Below, piece by piece: positions 52,540 to 64,000 of a stretch of 64,000 nt of DNA; positions within the stretch are counted from its first letter, which is position 1, and each line of letters begins with the position of its first letter. Location of the stretch: positions 107,038,950 to 107,102,949 of the forward strand of contig JASCQW010000162.1 of assembly GCA_030264375.1 (NCBI GenBank). The letters run 5' to 3'. The position numbers and the translations under genes were made by a program. The stretch is from Carcharhinus longimanus. Lineage: Eukaryota. The notes below the pieces were generated by a model. It saw nothing but the letters and a program-made list of their open reading frames with translations. It was not told the DNA's origin and ran no database searches.

Positions 52540-53360
52540 GGGTGTAACAGATTGGAGGGTAGCTAATGTAAGGCCGCTATTCAAAAATGGAGGTAGAGAG
52601 AAAATAGGGAACTCAGTGAGCCCAGTGTCGTACTGGCAAAGTTGCTGAAGTCTATTAGCAAGGATGTCATAACTCGGCATTTGGAAGACAGTATAATCAG
52701 ACTATGGATTTACAAAAGGGAAATCATGCTTGATGAATCTACTGAAATTTTTTGAGGATATAATTAATAAAGTTGACGGAGGACAACCAGTGGATGTGGT
52801 TTATTTACAGTTTCAGAAGGCTTTTGACAAGGTCTCACATAACAAACTATTATGTAAAGTTAAAGCACATGGGATTGCAGATAATGTCTTGACATGGATA
52901 GAAAGCTGGTTAGCAAACAGGAAGCAAAGAGTTGGCATAAATAGGTCTTTTTCTGATTAACAGTCAGTGATCAGTAGGGTTCCACACGGATCTGTGTTAG
53001 GACCCTAACTGTTCACATTATACATTAATGATTTGGAAGTGGGAACTGATTGTATTTTCTCCAAATTTGCAGATGATACAAAGTTGGGTGAGAGGGTGAG
53101 CTGTGAGGAGGATGCAGAGATGCTTCAGTGTGATTTGGACAGGCTGAGTGTGTGGGCATCTGCATGGCAGATGCAGTATAATGTNNNNNNNNNNNNNNNN
53201 NNNNNNNNNNNNNNNNNNNNNNNNNNNNNNNNNNNNNNNNNNNNNNNNNNNNNNNNNNNNNNNNNNNNNNNNNNNNNNNNNNNNTTGAATGGCGGGGCAG
53301 GCTTGAAGGGCTAGATGGCCTACTCCTGCTCCTATTTCTTATGTTCTTATGTTCTTATTA
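52540..53360 (+). mobile_element. CR1 LINE RT fragment spanning an N-gap
   Basis: FQKAFDKVSH, SKFADDTKLG; young-type tail. Confidence 0.9.
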
Positions 53361-53364
53361 TGTT

Positions 53365-53995
53365 CTTTGCCCCTCATTATTTTATAGACCTCTATAAGAT
53401 CACCCTTTAGCCTCCTACACTCCAGAGAAAAAAGTCCCAGTCTATCCGGCCTTTCCTTATAACTCAAACCATCAAGTCCCAGTAGCAACCAAGTAAATCT
53501 TTTCTGCACTCTTTCTAGTTTAATAATATCCTTTCTATAATAGGGCGACCAGAACTGTACACATACCAATGTCTTGTACAACTTCAACAAGGCATCCCAA
53601 CTCCTGTATTCAATGTTCTGACCAATGAAACCAAGCATTGCTGAATGCCTTTGTCACTACTCTGTCCACTTTCAAGGAGCAATGAACACGTACCGAGATC
53701 TCTTTGTTCTGTAACTCACCCTAATGCCCTACCATTAGCCGAATAAGTCCTGTCCTGGTTCGATCTATCAAAATGCATCATCTCGCATTTATCTAAATTA
53801 AATTCCATCTGTCATTCGTCAGCTCACTGGTCCAATTGATCAAGATCCCGTTGCAATCCGTGATAACCTTCTTCACTGTCCACTATGTCACCAATCTTGG
53901 TGTCATCTGCAAACTTACTAACTGGGCCTCCTAAATTCTCATGCAAATCATTAATATAAATGACAAATAACAGTGGACCCGGCACTGATCCCCGA
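53365..53995 (-). mobile_element. CR1 LINE RT fragment
   Basis: PRGSVPGPLLFVIYINDL..SKFADDTKIG; LERVQKRFT. Confidence 0.9.
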
Positions 53996-54519
53996 GGTAA
54001 ATGGGTGCTGGAAATCTGAAGTAAAAACTGGAAACGCTGGATAAACTCAACATCTCTGGCAACATCTATGGAGAGAGAAACAGTTAACATTTCAAATCCA
54101 AAGGATCCTTCTACATAAATATAGTTATTTTTGATTCTGAACTGCCCTCTGAAATGGCTGAGAAAGCCACACAGTTGTAACAGATCACTATACGAAAACA
54201 AAATCACCGCATGCAGCCACCCCACTGCGGTGCTTAAAGCAGGTAGTTCACCATCACCGTCTCAAGAGTAAAGAGGGGCGAGCTAAAAATCATTGGCCCA
54301 CCAGCAACCTTCACATCCACAGAAGCCCCCCAGTGCAGAAGGCTATTCAGTCCACTGAGTCTGTACCGACTCTCGGGGAGCATCTTACCCAGGCCCAACT
54401 CCACTCCCCCCACCCCCATAACTCCACATATTTACCCTGTTAATCTCTCTAGCCTACACATTTTGGGGCACCAAGGGACAATTTAGTCAATCCACCAAAC
54501 CGGTACATCTTTGGACTTC

Positions 54520-54830
54520 CGCCAATGGTGGGAGAGCCCAGAACTAGAGGTCATTGTTTGAAGATAAGGAGTGAACCTTTTCGAACTGAGAGGGGGGCAA
54601 TTTCTTCACCCAGAGGGTGGTGAATGTGTGGAATTCACTACCACAGAGTGTAGTTGAGGCCAAAACGTTGTCTGATTTAAATATGAAATTAGATTTAGCT
54701 CTTGGGGCTAAATGGATCAAGAGAGATGGGGGGGGGATCAGGATGTTAAATGGGATAATCAGCCATGATCAAGATGAATAGCGGAGCAGGCTCGAAGGGC
54801 TGAATGGCCTACTCCTGCTCCTTGTTTCTA
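54520..54830 (+). mobile_element. CR1 LINE 3' end
   Basis: ttcttcacccagagggtggtgaatgtgtggaattc and the CR1 tail. Confidence 0.85.
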
Positions 54831-55269
54831 TAACGTTTACACTGGGTGCAGGGGATCGAAAACGGAGCGGTTTAGTTTTGAACCATTGAGAAAACCGAAA
54901 CCACAGACAAGTCTCTTGGCATCTGTTTTCAAAATCTATAATTTGTTTCCCTGATTTAAGCTTTGCTAAATTACGCCGTTCATTTAATTTCCTAAACAGT
55001 AGAAAAAAGTTAATTCGGGAAAAGATTATAGAAAATTCTGGAGTAAAAGTGTCCCTGAATCACTTAATATTTCAACGGAATAAATAAACACTGTGGTTAT
55101 GTATTTAAAATCAGACGGCGATTGTTCAAATTAATTCATCCAAGTAAATGAGAAACAATCGCGCTGAGTTTTTAACAACATTTGCAAGCCGCTGCACCGT
55201 GACTTCTGCCTGTACTATTGTTTTCCAGTCATTCCGAATGTAACACTGCATATGCATGTAAAAAATATC

Positions 55270-55717
55270 AGAATATTCATCAGGATTATCCTAATAGTAT
55301 TAAGAGCTTACTTTGCTCCGGTGAAAGACATTCACCTAAATGAGATTATCCCTTTGGATGAAGAGGTGCTTCATCCTTCTCTTTGCTATTTTGCAATCAA
55401 AACTGAAAATTGATTCCCTTTCTTGGTTTTGCTTTGAAATAAGTAAACTGCTACCATGTAGCTTTTCCCGGATTTGAAAGAAAGTTTATGTTAGCTGGTT
55501 TGGGGAGATAACACTGCCTCCTCCCTCTGGGTGGCCCCTTCGTTGCTCCTATTAGGTACTAATTACTTGGCAACAAATAAACAATTATCGCCTCATCCTG
55601 GGGGGGGGGGGGGGGTACCCCAATCNNNNNNNNNNGTGACGTCGAAAATCTCTACTAATATGTGGAAGGAGAGGGCAGGGCTGGGCCGAATTGGGACTGG
55701 AAAGTGGCGAGAGGGTC
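55270..55717 (+). promoter_or_regulatory. HESX1 proximal promoter
   Basis: Non-repetitive; GGATTA 55283-55288, AGATTA 55343-55348, TAATTA 55560-55565, ATAAACA/ACAAT 55577-55585, CCAAT near 55620, CRE-like TGACGTC 55637-55643. Confidence 0.6.
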
Positions 55718-55886
55718 ATGGCTAGTGTTGGTGGTGGGAAAGGCCGCTTTCAACTGGCAGAAACTTCGAAGGCGCCAGCGAGGAAAGCTTCAAAATGCTC
55801 CTTCACTATCGAAAGCATTCTGGGGCTGGACAGGAGCGAGGAGACGGCTCCTCACCGACCATGGGCTGATATACTGAACGTTACAG
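55718..55886 (+). CDS. HESX1: HESX1 exon 1 (MASVGGGKGRFQLAETSKAPARKASKCSFTIESILGLDRSEETAPHRPWADILNVT)
   Basis: 169 nt; eh1 Groucho/TLE-binding motif FTIESILGL and HRPW motif typical of Anf/Hesx1; donor G|GTAAAG. Confidence 0.93.
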
Positions 55887-56147
55887 GTAAAGTGTGTACA
55901 GAGAGGCGACCACACTCCTCTATCTATGCAAATCTGTGCGATAAATTTGTTTTGTGCCTGCCTCTCTGTAATGCATAATGTGCTAGATTTCTGCAATAGT
56001 CTCTTTTACTCTGCTCTGGATGCAGTATTTGTACAAATAGACACGGGGAAAATGCAAGGCCACGGGAGCAACCCACTTTTAATGTAACAATCTTACTAAC
56101 GTTCTTTAGAAACGCTGAACATGTTTATCTTCTCTTGGCTTTTCCAG

Positions 56148-56335
56148 GGAGCTCGCGTTCAGATCCCTCCGGGAGATTCTGTGATCCGTCACTTACAGCA
56201 AAGGAAGGCAAAGGGAGGGACCGGGAGATGTGTTCTCCCGAGTCAACTGGACAGAGCCAGGACCGCTTCTCTGATCGGCCGAACTGCTGCTGGTTCCGAG
56301 GTAGAAGAGCCAGGACTGCTTTCAGCAGGAACCAG
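56148..56335 (+). CDS. HESX1: HESX1 exon 2 (ends ..CWFRGRRARTAFSRNQ, homeodomain N-terminal arm)
   Basis: 188 nt, TTTTCCAG acceptor, CAG|GTCAGT donor, phase 1/0. Confidence 0.93.
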
Positions 56336-56834
56336 GTCAGTGGAGAGTTCCTAAAATAATACACACCGCGGAAATGCTGCAGCTTCAATCAGTTTTTCTT
56401 AGACATGCAACATGCATTTATACAAGATGAGTGTGTCTCAGACCGTTCTTCAAAATTATTACTTGCTTTTTGGAAAGTCTCTTTGATCTGCATAATTGCA
56501 AATTCCGGTATTTAGTCGTCTAGGCAATTCTGTTGCACAATTTAATAGTCGTGAATTGTAAATAACCAAAATGTCATCACATTTGATGTCCACTTTGAAC
56601 ACTTTAATTTTTGAATGAAAAGATACTTTAAACTATTATAAATAGCTTGAAGAGAACAGAGCAGTAGTGACTATTATGCATAAGCCCAAGATAGATTTTA
56701 AAAAGTTAACTATAATCTGGATTTTTTTCACCTGCAAAGCTAAAGGAATGATTTCTCAGCTCGGGGGGAGTTGTACCACTAGGTGGGTGACCAAAACACA
56801 ACTTTATAGAATGTCGCAGTACAGAAACTGGCTA

Positions 56835-57230
56835 CTTAGCTATGGTCGTATGAGGACCCTGGGTCTGTACTCATTGGAGTTTAGAAGAATGAGGGGGGAT
56901 CTTATTGAAACTTACAGGATAGAGTGGATGTGGAGAGCATGTTTCTACCAATAGTAAAAACTAGAACCAGACGGCACAACCTCAGGTGAAAGGGATGATC
57001 CTTTAAAATGGAGATGAGGAGGAATTTCTTCAGCCAGAGAGTGGCAAGTCTGTGGAATCTTTGCTGCAGAAGGCTGTGGATGCCAGGTCATTGAGTGTCT
57101 TTAAGACAGAAATAGATAGGTTCTTGATTAATACAGGGATCAGGGATAATGGAGATGAGAAAAATATGATTGAATGTTGGAACAGAATTGATGGGCTGAA
57201 TGGGCTAGTTCTACTCCTGTGTCTTGTGGC
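56835..57230 (+). mobile_element. CR1 LINE 3' end in HESX1 intron 2
   Basis: LGLYSLEFRRMRGDLIETY; ttcttcagccagagagtg; CR1 tail. Confidence 0.88.
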
Positions 57231-57448
57231 TTATAGTGCCACCTAGCCTAATCCTTTTCTCCAGTTTGTACTCCATATATTTTAATTGTTATTCCTTTTA
57301 ATTATTGTAAGGAATCTACAGCCCCTATTTCAAGAATGTGACAGAGAATCTCTTCTAACTAGCCACTTGTTATTAAAAATAAATACCATTGAACCCCATA
57401 TCAAATGTAGACCTGAATTGATGGATTTTATTTGAATCATTTTCTCAG

Positions 57449-57550
57449 ATCGAAGTATTAGAAGAAGAATTTCAGCTGAATTGTTACCCAGGGATTGATG
57501 TTCGTGAAGAGCTTGCTCAGAAACTGGCTCTGGATGAAGACCGAATTCAG
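57449..57550 (+). CDS. HESX1: HESX1 exon 3 ([34 protein letters not shown])
   Basis: 102 nt, CAG acceptor, GTAATG donor; matches Hesx1 helices 1-2 ([24 protein letters not shown]). Confidence 0.97.
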
Positions 57551-57632
57551 GTAATGACCTGAAAAGGACAAGATTAATAAACTCAAACATGCAATTTTTT
57601 TAATATCGCTGGCACTCTGTTGCTAAAATTAA

Positions 57633-57782
<150 letters not shown>

Positions 57783-58069
57783 GAACTTGATCGTCAAAAA
57801 TTCTTTGACCATTTCTTGATGCACTGTTTAGTAGCTAAAACCTTTATAACCAAGGTGGCTGCAGCTGCCTTGTGCTGAGTCTGTGATGATTATAACTGGG
57901 ACAGCAGTAAGGGTGAAATGGTTCAACATTCCTGGGTTAGGGAAGGGAATAATTGACTGTAAATCTTGCCTGTCTGCAGTTTGTTGATTCCTGCTGGAAA
58001 GACTTGTGATGGCTACTGTTGGGAGTGAAATTAGGCTTTTGTGATACTTCATATGTATAATATCCCTGT

Positions 58070-58315
58070 GGCAAGGACCCAAGTACGATTCCCAGCTTGG
58101 GTCATTGTCTGTGCAGAGTCGGCACATTCACCCTCTGTCTGCATGGGTTTCCTCCGGGTGCTCCAGTTTCCTCCCACAGTCTGAAAGACGTGCTGGTTAG
58201 GTGCATTGGCCGTGCTAAATTCTCCTTCAGACAAGCCCCTAGGGGATTTTCACAGTAACTTCATTGCAGTGTTAATGTAAGCCTACTTGTGACACTAATT
58301 AATAAGTAAACTTTA
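58070..58315 (+). mobile_element. HE1-like SINE (5'-truncated) in the putative HESX1 3' UTR
   Basis: gggtttcctccgggtgctccagtttcctcccacagtc core and cattgcagtgttaatgtaagcctacttgtgacac tail. Confidence 0.88.
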
Positions 58316-59025
58316 GAAGTCTGTCAGTTGGTGTCTAGCAAGGAGTTGACTGCTTCAACGAAGGAAATTAGATTAATTTTGTAATTTTAAATGATAACTG
58401 GGACAGAACAGTTGGCCACTTATCACTGTTCATTGTGGTCCTTGCTGTGTGCACATTGTCATATTTCCCTACGATATAAATGACTGAAATGTTCTGAGGT
58501 TGTGAATGGTGCTATATAAATGTAAGTCCTTTTTAATAATTATTGCTAATAAGTGTACCCATACTGGTTCCATGTTGTGGAAATGTCTGCAGGACTTAGA
58601 AATAGCCGTTAATATTTAAAAGTTTAATCTACTATTCACAGAAGGGTAGTGTATGATAAATATACAACTCAACAATTGACAAGAGTATGATATTGTATAA
58701 AAAATCTGCTTGATACTTTGCAAACACTGAGCAAATAATAAAAATGATTTGTTTTGTAACATTTTGGAATTAGTATTTTAATTGTACTTCCAAGATTGTT
58801 TGGAACAGTAGAATTTTATTTTTGGATAAGAATGTGTAGCTACATGCATTATCAAAAATGTTAAGTAATGTACCACTTTGCACTTGCAAAAGTCTTAGAT
58901 GGTGCAAATACTTTATCAAATATGTTTGAAAGATTTCTTGGTCTCAGTCTGTATAATTGTGTTTGTAAACCAAGTATTGCCTGTTAAAACATCTGTATGA
59001 AAGATTGTACTACTTTTGTGCATAT

Positions 59026-59036
59026 ATTAAAATAAA
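59026..59036 (+). terminator. Candidate HESX1 polyadenylation signal
   Basis: ATTAAA/AATAAA at the end of an AU-rich putative 3' UTR; an alternative AATAAA lies at 58737-58742. Confidence 0.45.
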
Positions 59037-59439
59037 GGTTAATTCAACAACTGTTGCATCACAGTACCACCAGTGGTCAGATTAATTTCCACTTAAGGAG
59101 CCAGTATACCTTGTATAAAATTTGTGGAGATACAAGCAAATGAGAATAGTTACCTAGTTCTACTGAGCTTTGGAACAATCTTGTAACACTACTAAGAGAT
59201 TTTGCAGTACATTCTAGGAATGTTAAGCCATTAGTTTGCATCTGTGCTGAGAAACTATCCAGAGAGTATCTGCTAAACAAATCATTTCAAAGTACCAGTG
59301 ATGGCTTTCCAGCAATTCTTTTCATAAATGTAAGTCACTTCTTCCCACATGCCCAAAAATACTGTGCCCGAAATGTAGGTTATAACAAACGGATTGATTG
59401 TAGTGAATGATAGAATCCGCTGTGCCCTTTTGAAGCCAC

Positions 59440-59770
59440 GTACACCTAAAGGACCTAGTGTTGATTCCCAATGTGTGCTGACTTTTTTTGGTTGGTTATT
59501 ATAATTGATTTTTTTTCTGTTCTGAGATGTTGGGGATTGAGGGAGAAGGAATCATCTGGAGTTCCTGCATTGGATTGCTATCTAAATATCCCAACTACAG
59601 AGTCTACCTATTTGAATGTTGAGTGAATATAGGATTAGACTCGATGCTATACACATTGCAGACTCATCACTTGTAGAATAGCTACTCACCCTAATTAAAA
59701 TAATGGTGGCCAGGTGGCACTCCTGTAACTGTAACCTAGCATGCTGGTTTCAGGGTAGGGGAAAAAGTAG
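59440..59770 (+). mobile_element. Old SINE-like interspersed repeat
   Basis: Shares motifs (gattccc..gtgctga, gttcctgc..gctatc, aggattag.ctc, gtggaact) with decayed copies at about 22260-22570, 32120-32350 and 37170-37480. Confidence 0.45.
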
Positions 59771-60351
59771 CTCCACTTGCTGTCAAACAGCCAAGTTGTG
59801 GATATCAAAGCCAGCATCCATTAAGTATTGGAGAGACAGAAGCTATCCTTTTTGGCCTCTTCCATAAATTTGAACTGTTTTTGGTCACAATCTCATCCTC
59901 CTTTTCAAAGTGTTCTTTCGAGCCTTATTGGCATGCTGATCAACTCTGTTTCAAACCATACATCCTAACCATCCCTCTCTGCAGTTGATGAAATCCTTAC
60001 CATCATTGGAATAGATTTTTCAGTTGCCTTTAAAGCCATTATTTTTTTGATCCCTGGTCACTAACCTAACATTATGTAGAAATACATACACTAAGGTTTT
60101 GTATGTATTTCTATATTCAAATTGGTAATATACAGAAGACATTTTACTTATTACTGGTAAACAGCAGAGAAAGGGCACTGCTGTTTCCCCAAATATTCTC
60201 TAACTCTTTTCACAAATGATACCAAGTCCAGATAGTCATGGGCAACCAAATTATTTGATGCCGCAAGTTAACTGAGAACAGCTAGGGCAACTGTTAATGG
60301 TGCCTTAGAGCGGTGGCGGAAGGGACACTATTCAAATAGGTTCGCAATATC

Positions 60352-60490
60352 TGCTTTGTCAATGGGTCATCTGGACTCACAATGTCAGCTCTTTTCTCTC
60401 CTTACAGATGCTGCCAGACCTGCTGAGATTTCCCAGCATTTTCTGTTGGTTTCAGATCCCAGCATCAGCAGTAATTTGCTTTTATTTTAG
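60352..60490 (+). mobile_element. Penelope-derived short element (single arm)
   Basis: gggtcatctggactc..gtcagctcttttctctccttacagatgctgccagacctgctgag..ccagcattttctg; same family as 19651-19980. Related copies at about 2530-2630, 17420-17515, 31620-31695, 44295-44360, 54000-54110 (-), 63680-63810 (-). Confidence 0.65.
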
Positions 60491-61779
60491 CAATTTGTGC
60501 GCCCCTCCCCCCCCCCAAATGATAATACTCACAATAAACGTACCCTCTCTTTGGATTGCATTAGGCACAACCACACTGATCATACAATCCCCACACTGCA
60601 GAAAGAGGCCATTCAGCTCATTGAGTCTGCACTGCATCCCACCCAGGCATATGCCCTCTGCCCTATCCCTGTAATCCTGTGCATTTACCATGGCTACTCC
60701 ACTTAACCTACACATCTTTGGACACTTAAGTGCATCATGCCAACTTCACACACTCACCCAAGGCTGGAATTGAATCTGGGTCCCACTACTAAACATTATG
60801 CTACTGTGCTTCCCCCAGTCCTACATGGTAACTTTAAGGGACTGGCTTGTGTGCAACTTGCATGGGAGCTTTTTTGGCCACTGTTTGAAGTTGCAGCTTA
60901 CAGAGAACATTGCTGGTAATGAAACAACAATTTATTTGTAAATATCAGTGGGCTTGTGTGTGTCTGTCCAGGAGCATGAGGGGCAGTAGACCAAGGCATC
61001 AGCTGCCCCTTCCTTATCCTTGATCATGATCCCCTGAATGTTGTCTTACATCACCCACAGTGAGCTGTCCTGCGTCATTTGCCTACTGACAGAACATAGT
61101 CTCAGCCTTGATCTGTATTCACTTTGGAAATTGTACCTGGCCTCCTCATTCTGGCTTCTGACATGTAGGTTAAACAGCAGATTGTTCCCTTTTTTTGCAT
61201 CGGTTGGCAAGAGTGGATCTGGAGTCATATAGAGGCCAGAGTTGGTACAGATGGCAGATTTCCTTCCCCACAGCACATTAGTGAACCAGATGGGTCTTTA
61301 CAACAATGGATGCTAGTTTCATGGCCACTATTACTGGGACTAGCTTTATGTTCCAGATTGATCTAAATTCCACCGGCTATCATGGTGATATTTGAACCTA
61401 TGTTCTTTATTGCCTTAGCTTCTGCATTACTAGTCGGTTGACGTTACCACTACACCAACATCTTCCCCTAAAAATTCCAAACGTGAAAACTTTATTTCTA
61501 TCATCTTTTGCAACATAGGCCATGCAATATGTTGTACCCCAAATCTTTTTTACCTGTCAAGCTGTTTACTTATGCAAAAGACGCAAATATCTACCTTTGA
61601 AAAATGGCAGGGATTATATGTGTATATCTGGGATCCCTCAACAGCAATTTGGCATTTATAAAACACATATAACATAAAATGTCCCATGTTGCTTCATAGT
61701 TGAACTTTGGAGCCAAGTAAGGACCGTGGCTAAATCCAATCAAGGGTGGGTTTCTTAGAAGTTTTTGAAAATGGTGGTA

Positions 61780-62490
61780 TGGAGCAAGAGTTGTGAGTGT
61801 GTCCACATCTCGTTCATTGTGTCTGTCCAAGAGCTTGGAGGGCAGCAGAATATGATACTGGCTGCCACTTACTCCCTTGTTCTTGATCACAGCTCCCTAG
61901 ATGTTAGCTCATATCACCCATTCGTCGACTATCTTTGTCATTTATTTATGGAGGGAATGTCATCAATATTTTGATCTGCTTTGACTATGAGTCAGCAGAT
62001 GTAACTGTGGGAATCATATCTGGCCTCATCACCCATAAGGTGGAGGGTGAAAGCCACAATTTAGGAAGGATTTCAAGATGTTGGAGCGGATGCAAGATAA
62101 TTTTGCTGGAATTGGACTAGGAATGTAGAGAAATTGAGAATCTTATGGTTCAGAGGATATTTGATGGCCTGTTTATGAATTGTTTTGATAAGAGCAAATA
62201 AGGAGAAATTGTCTCTATTGGTAGAAGGACTTGGATTTAAGGGGAAAATAACTAGAGGCAAAATGGAACTTTTTTTTCTTGAGTTGTTATTTGAAATTCA
62301 TTGCTTGAATGGTCTGTGGAAGCCATTCACAGATTCAGTAGTAATATTCAAAGAGGAAATTGATAAATAATTGAATGGGAAAAACAATTAGAGGGCTGTA
62401 GGGGAGAAAAAAAACAAAGGAGTTAATTGGGATATCTTCACCAAAGACCCCTGCATAGGCACAATGTGCCTATAGCTGCCTCTGTGGTGG
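61780..62490 (+). mobile_element. Strongly decayed CR1 LINE
   Basis: KEKLSLLVEG and DSVVIFKEEIDK remnants and a CR1-like tail. Confidence 0.55.
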
Positions 62491-64000
62491 ATTATTTTAT
62501 CATTCTGAATAGGAAACTGAGTAAAGGAACGAAATCAGCATGTTGTATGGGGTATAGGGCAACACCATTCATACCAATATTAAGTGGCAAGAACTTTATT
62601 TTAGTCATTCATGGAATCTAGGTGTTGTGGCAAAGTCTGCTTTTATTACCTAAGCTTTTTCCCATGAGAAGATAGTGATGAGCTGTTGCTTTGATCCCTT
62701 GCAACCTGTATTGTGAGGGTTATCCCAGCGAGAGGTTTGGTAAGAAGTGCCAGGATTTTGATCGAGTGATGGCCATATGTTTCCAAATCAAGATGATATG
62801 TGACCTGGAGAGCAGCTTGCGGGTGGTTGTGTTTTTATACATCTGCTGCCCTTGTTCTTCTAGGTGTTGGAGAAGATGGGTTTAGATTCAAGAATGTGCT
62901 GTTGAAGAGCTCTTCTAGAGGGTACACACTTGAACTCTGCACTGGCAGAGGAAGGAATGATTGCTTAAGGGGTGCCAATCAAGAGGGCCAATTTATCCTA
63001 GATGCTGTAGAGCTTATTAAATGTTATCAGAGCTGCACCAATCCAGGCAAATAGAGAGAATTCCACTTTGCTCCTCACTTCTGCATTGCAGACGGTGGAA
63101 AAGATTGGGAAGTTACTGCAGAATACCCATCCATATTTTAATATCAGGCAGCTCAATAGTGGGTCAATAGTTGTAGAATGAAAGCCAGTAATAGAATATA
63201 ACTATCCTACATATCAAAGCTACTTGTTCATTAATTACAAATATAAAACATAAAAACTTCCAGCCTTCATTTGTGCATATGCTGGTTCACGATCAATGCA
63301 CAATCTTGTCAGTCTCTGATTTATTACAATATCCATTTAACCGGGATCGAATAAATTCAGTTTCCAGAGAGCTATACCAGCCCTGAGCACTGAGGGTGGT
63401 AATGGTTACTTAACCCATTTAACATTTGTCCTGAAGGCACATATCATCACCACAACAAACTGAAGCAACTGCAAGTAAATCCAGTGCATTGTCCATCTAA
63501 ATACTGACTACATAGTTCACAATAGGAATTCAGCCTAATCCAGTCAAGGGCTAATACCTCTTTAACTTTTTCATTATCAGACAAATGACCCAGTGGGACC
63601 AATTTGTTCCTGCTAAGGCAACCTTCACAAAGAAATTAACACGGGAATTGTTTCAACAGCAGGGACTAAACTACATAACAAAAGCAAAACACTGGATGCT
63701 AGAAACCAGAGACGAAAACAGAAAACGCTGGAGAAACTCAAGACCTTCTGTGTAAAGAGAAAACACGTGTTAATGTTCCTAATCAATGATCTTTCATCAG
63801 AACAGGAAAATGTTAATAATATACACTTTTAAGATAAAGTTAATGATAATATAGTGGAAGGCAAGAGAGATTAAATGGCATAAGGGATTACCAACAGTTG
63901 CTGTCTGGGAAAACAGGGCAATGATTATGAAATAAGATTGTTGATGTTAGGTCCGGAAGACTGAAGTGCTGTATTAGATCTGCTATTCCCAGTCTCACAT

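Noticed and set aside
56125-57590. Antisense ORFs over HESX1 exons (56125-56388, 57330-57590)
   Set aside because: Shadow ORFs of the coding strand without independent support

Overview
Repeat-rich vertebrate genomic DNA from a draft assembly with N-gaps. It is inferred to be a cartilaginous fish (shark) from the HE1-like SINE, CR1/HER1-like LINE, Deu-domain SINE and Penelope-derived repeat content. Two genes lie head-to-head, as in human. (i) APPL1 (BAR-PH-PTB endosomal adaptor) is on the minus strand, with the start codon at 43031. Coding exons 1-9 and 11-15 were read with GT-AG boundaries down to 1964; exon 3 runs into a gap, exon 10 is not visible, and the remaining exons lie left of the window. 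(ii) HESX1/Anf (paired-like homeobox repressor) is complete on the plus strand: 4 exons, 55718-57782, 193 aa. The rest is mostly decayed retroelements (CR1, a second CR1/L2-group LINE, Rex/Babar-like, RTE, several SINE families, a solo LTR) and MITEs. The most notable non-genic signal is a set of short, often palindromic Penelope-derived elements carrying minimal (dimer-type) hammerhead ribozyme cores, all visibly mutated in these copies. Other leads are the missing frame-neutral APPL1 exon 10, a candidate poison exon, tandem NAGNAG acceptors, local duplications, hairpins and candidate HESX1 cis-elements. No clearly new protein-coding system is supported. Gene and repeat identities come from recalled sequences, not database searches; repeat boundaries are approximate.
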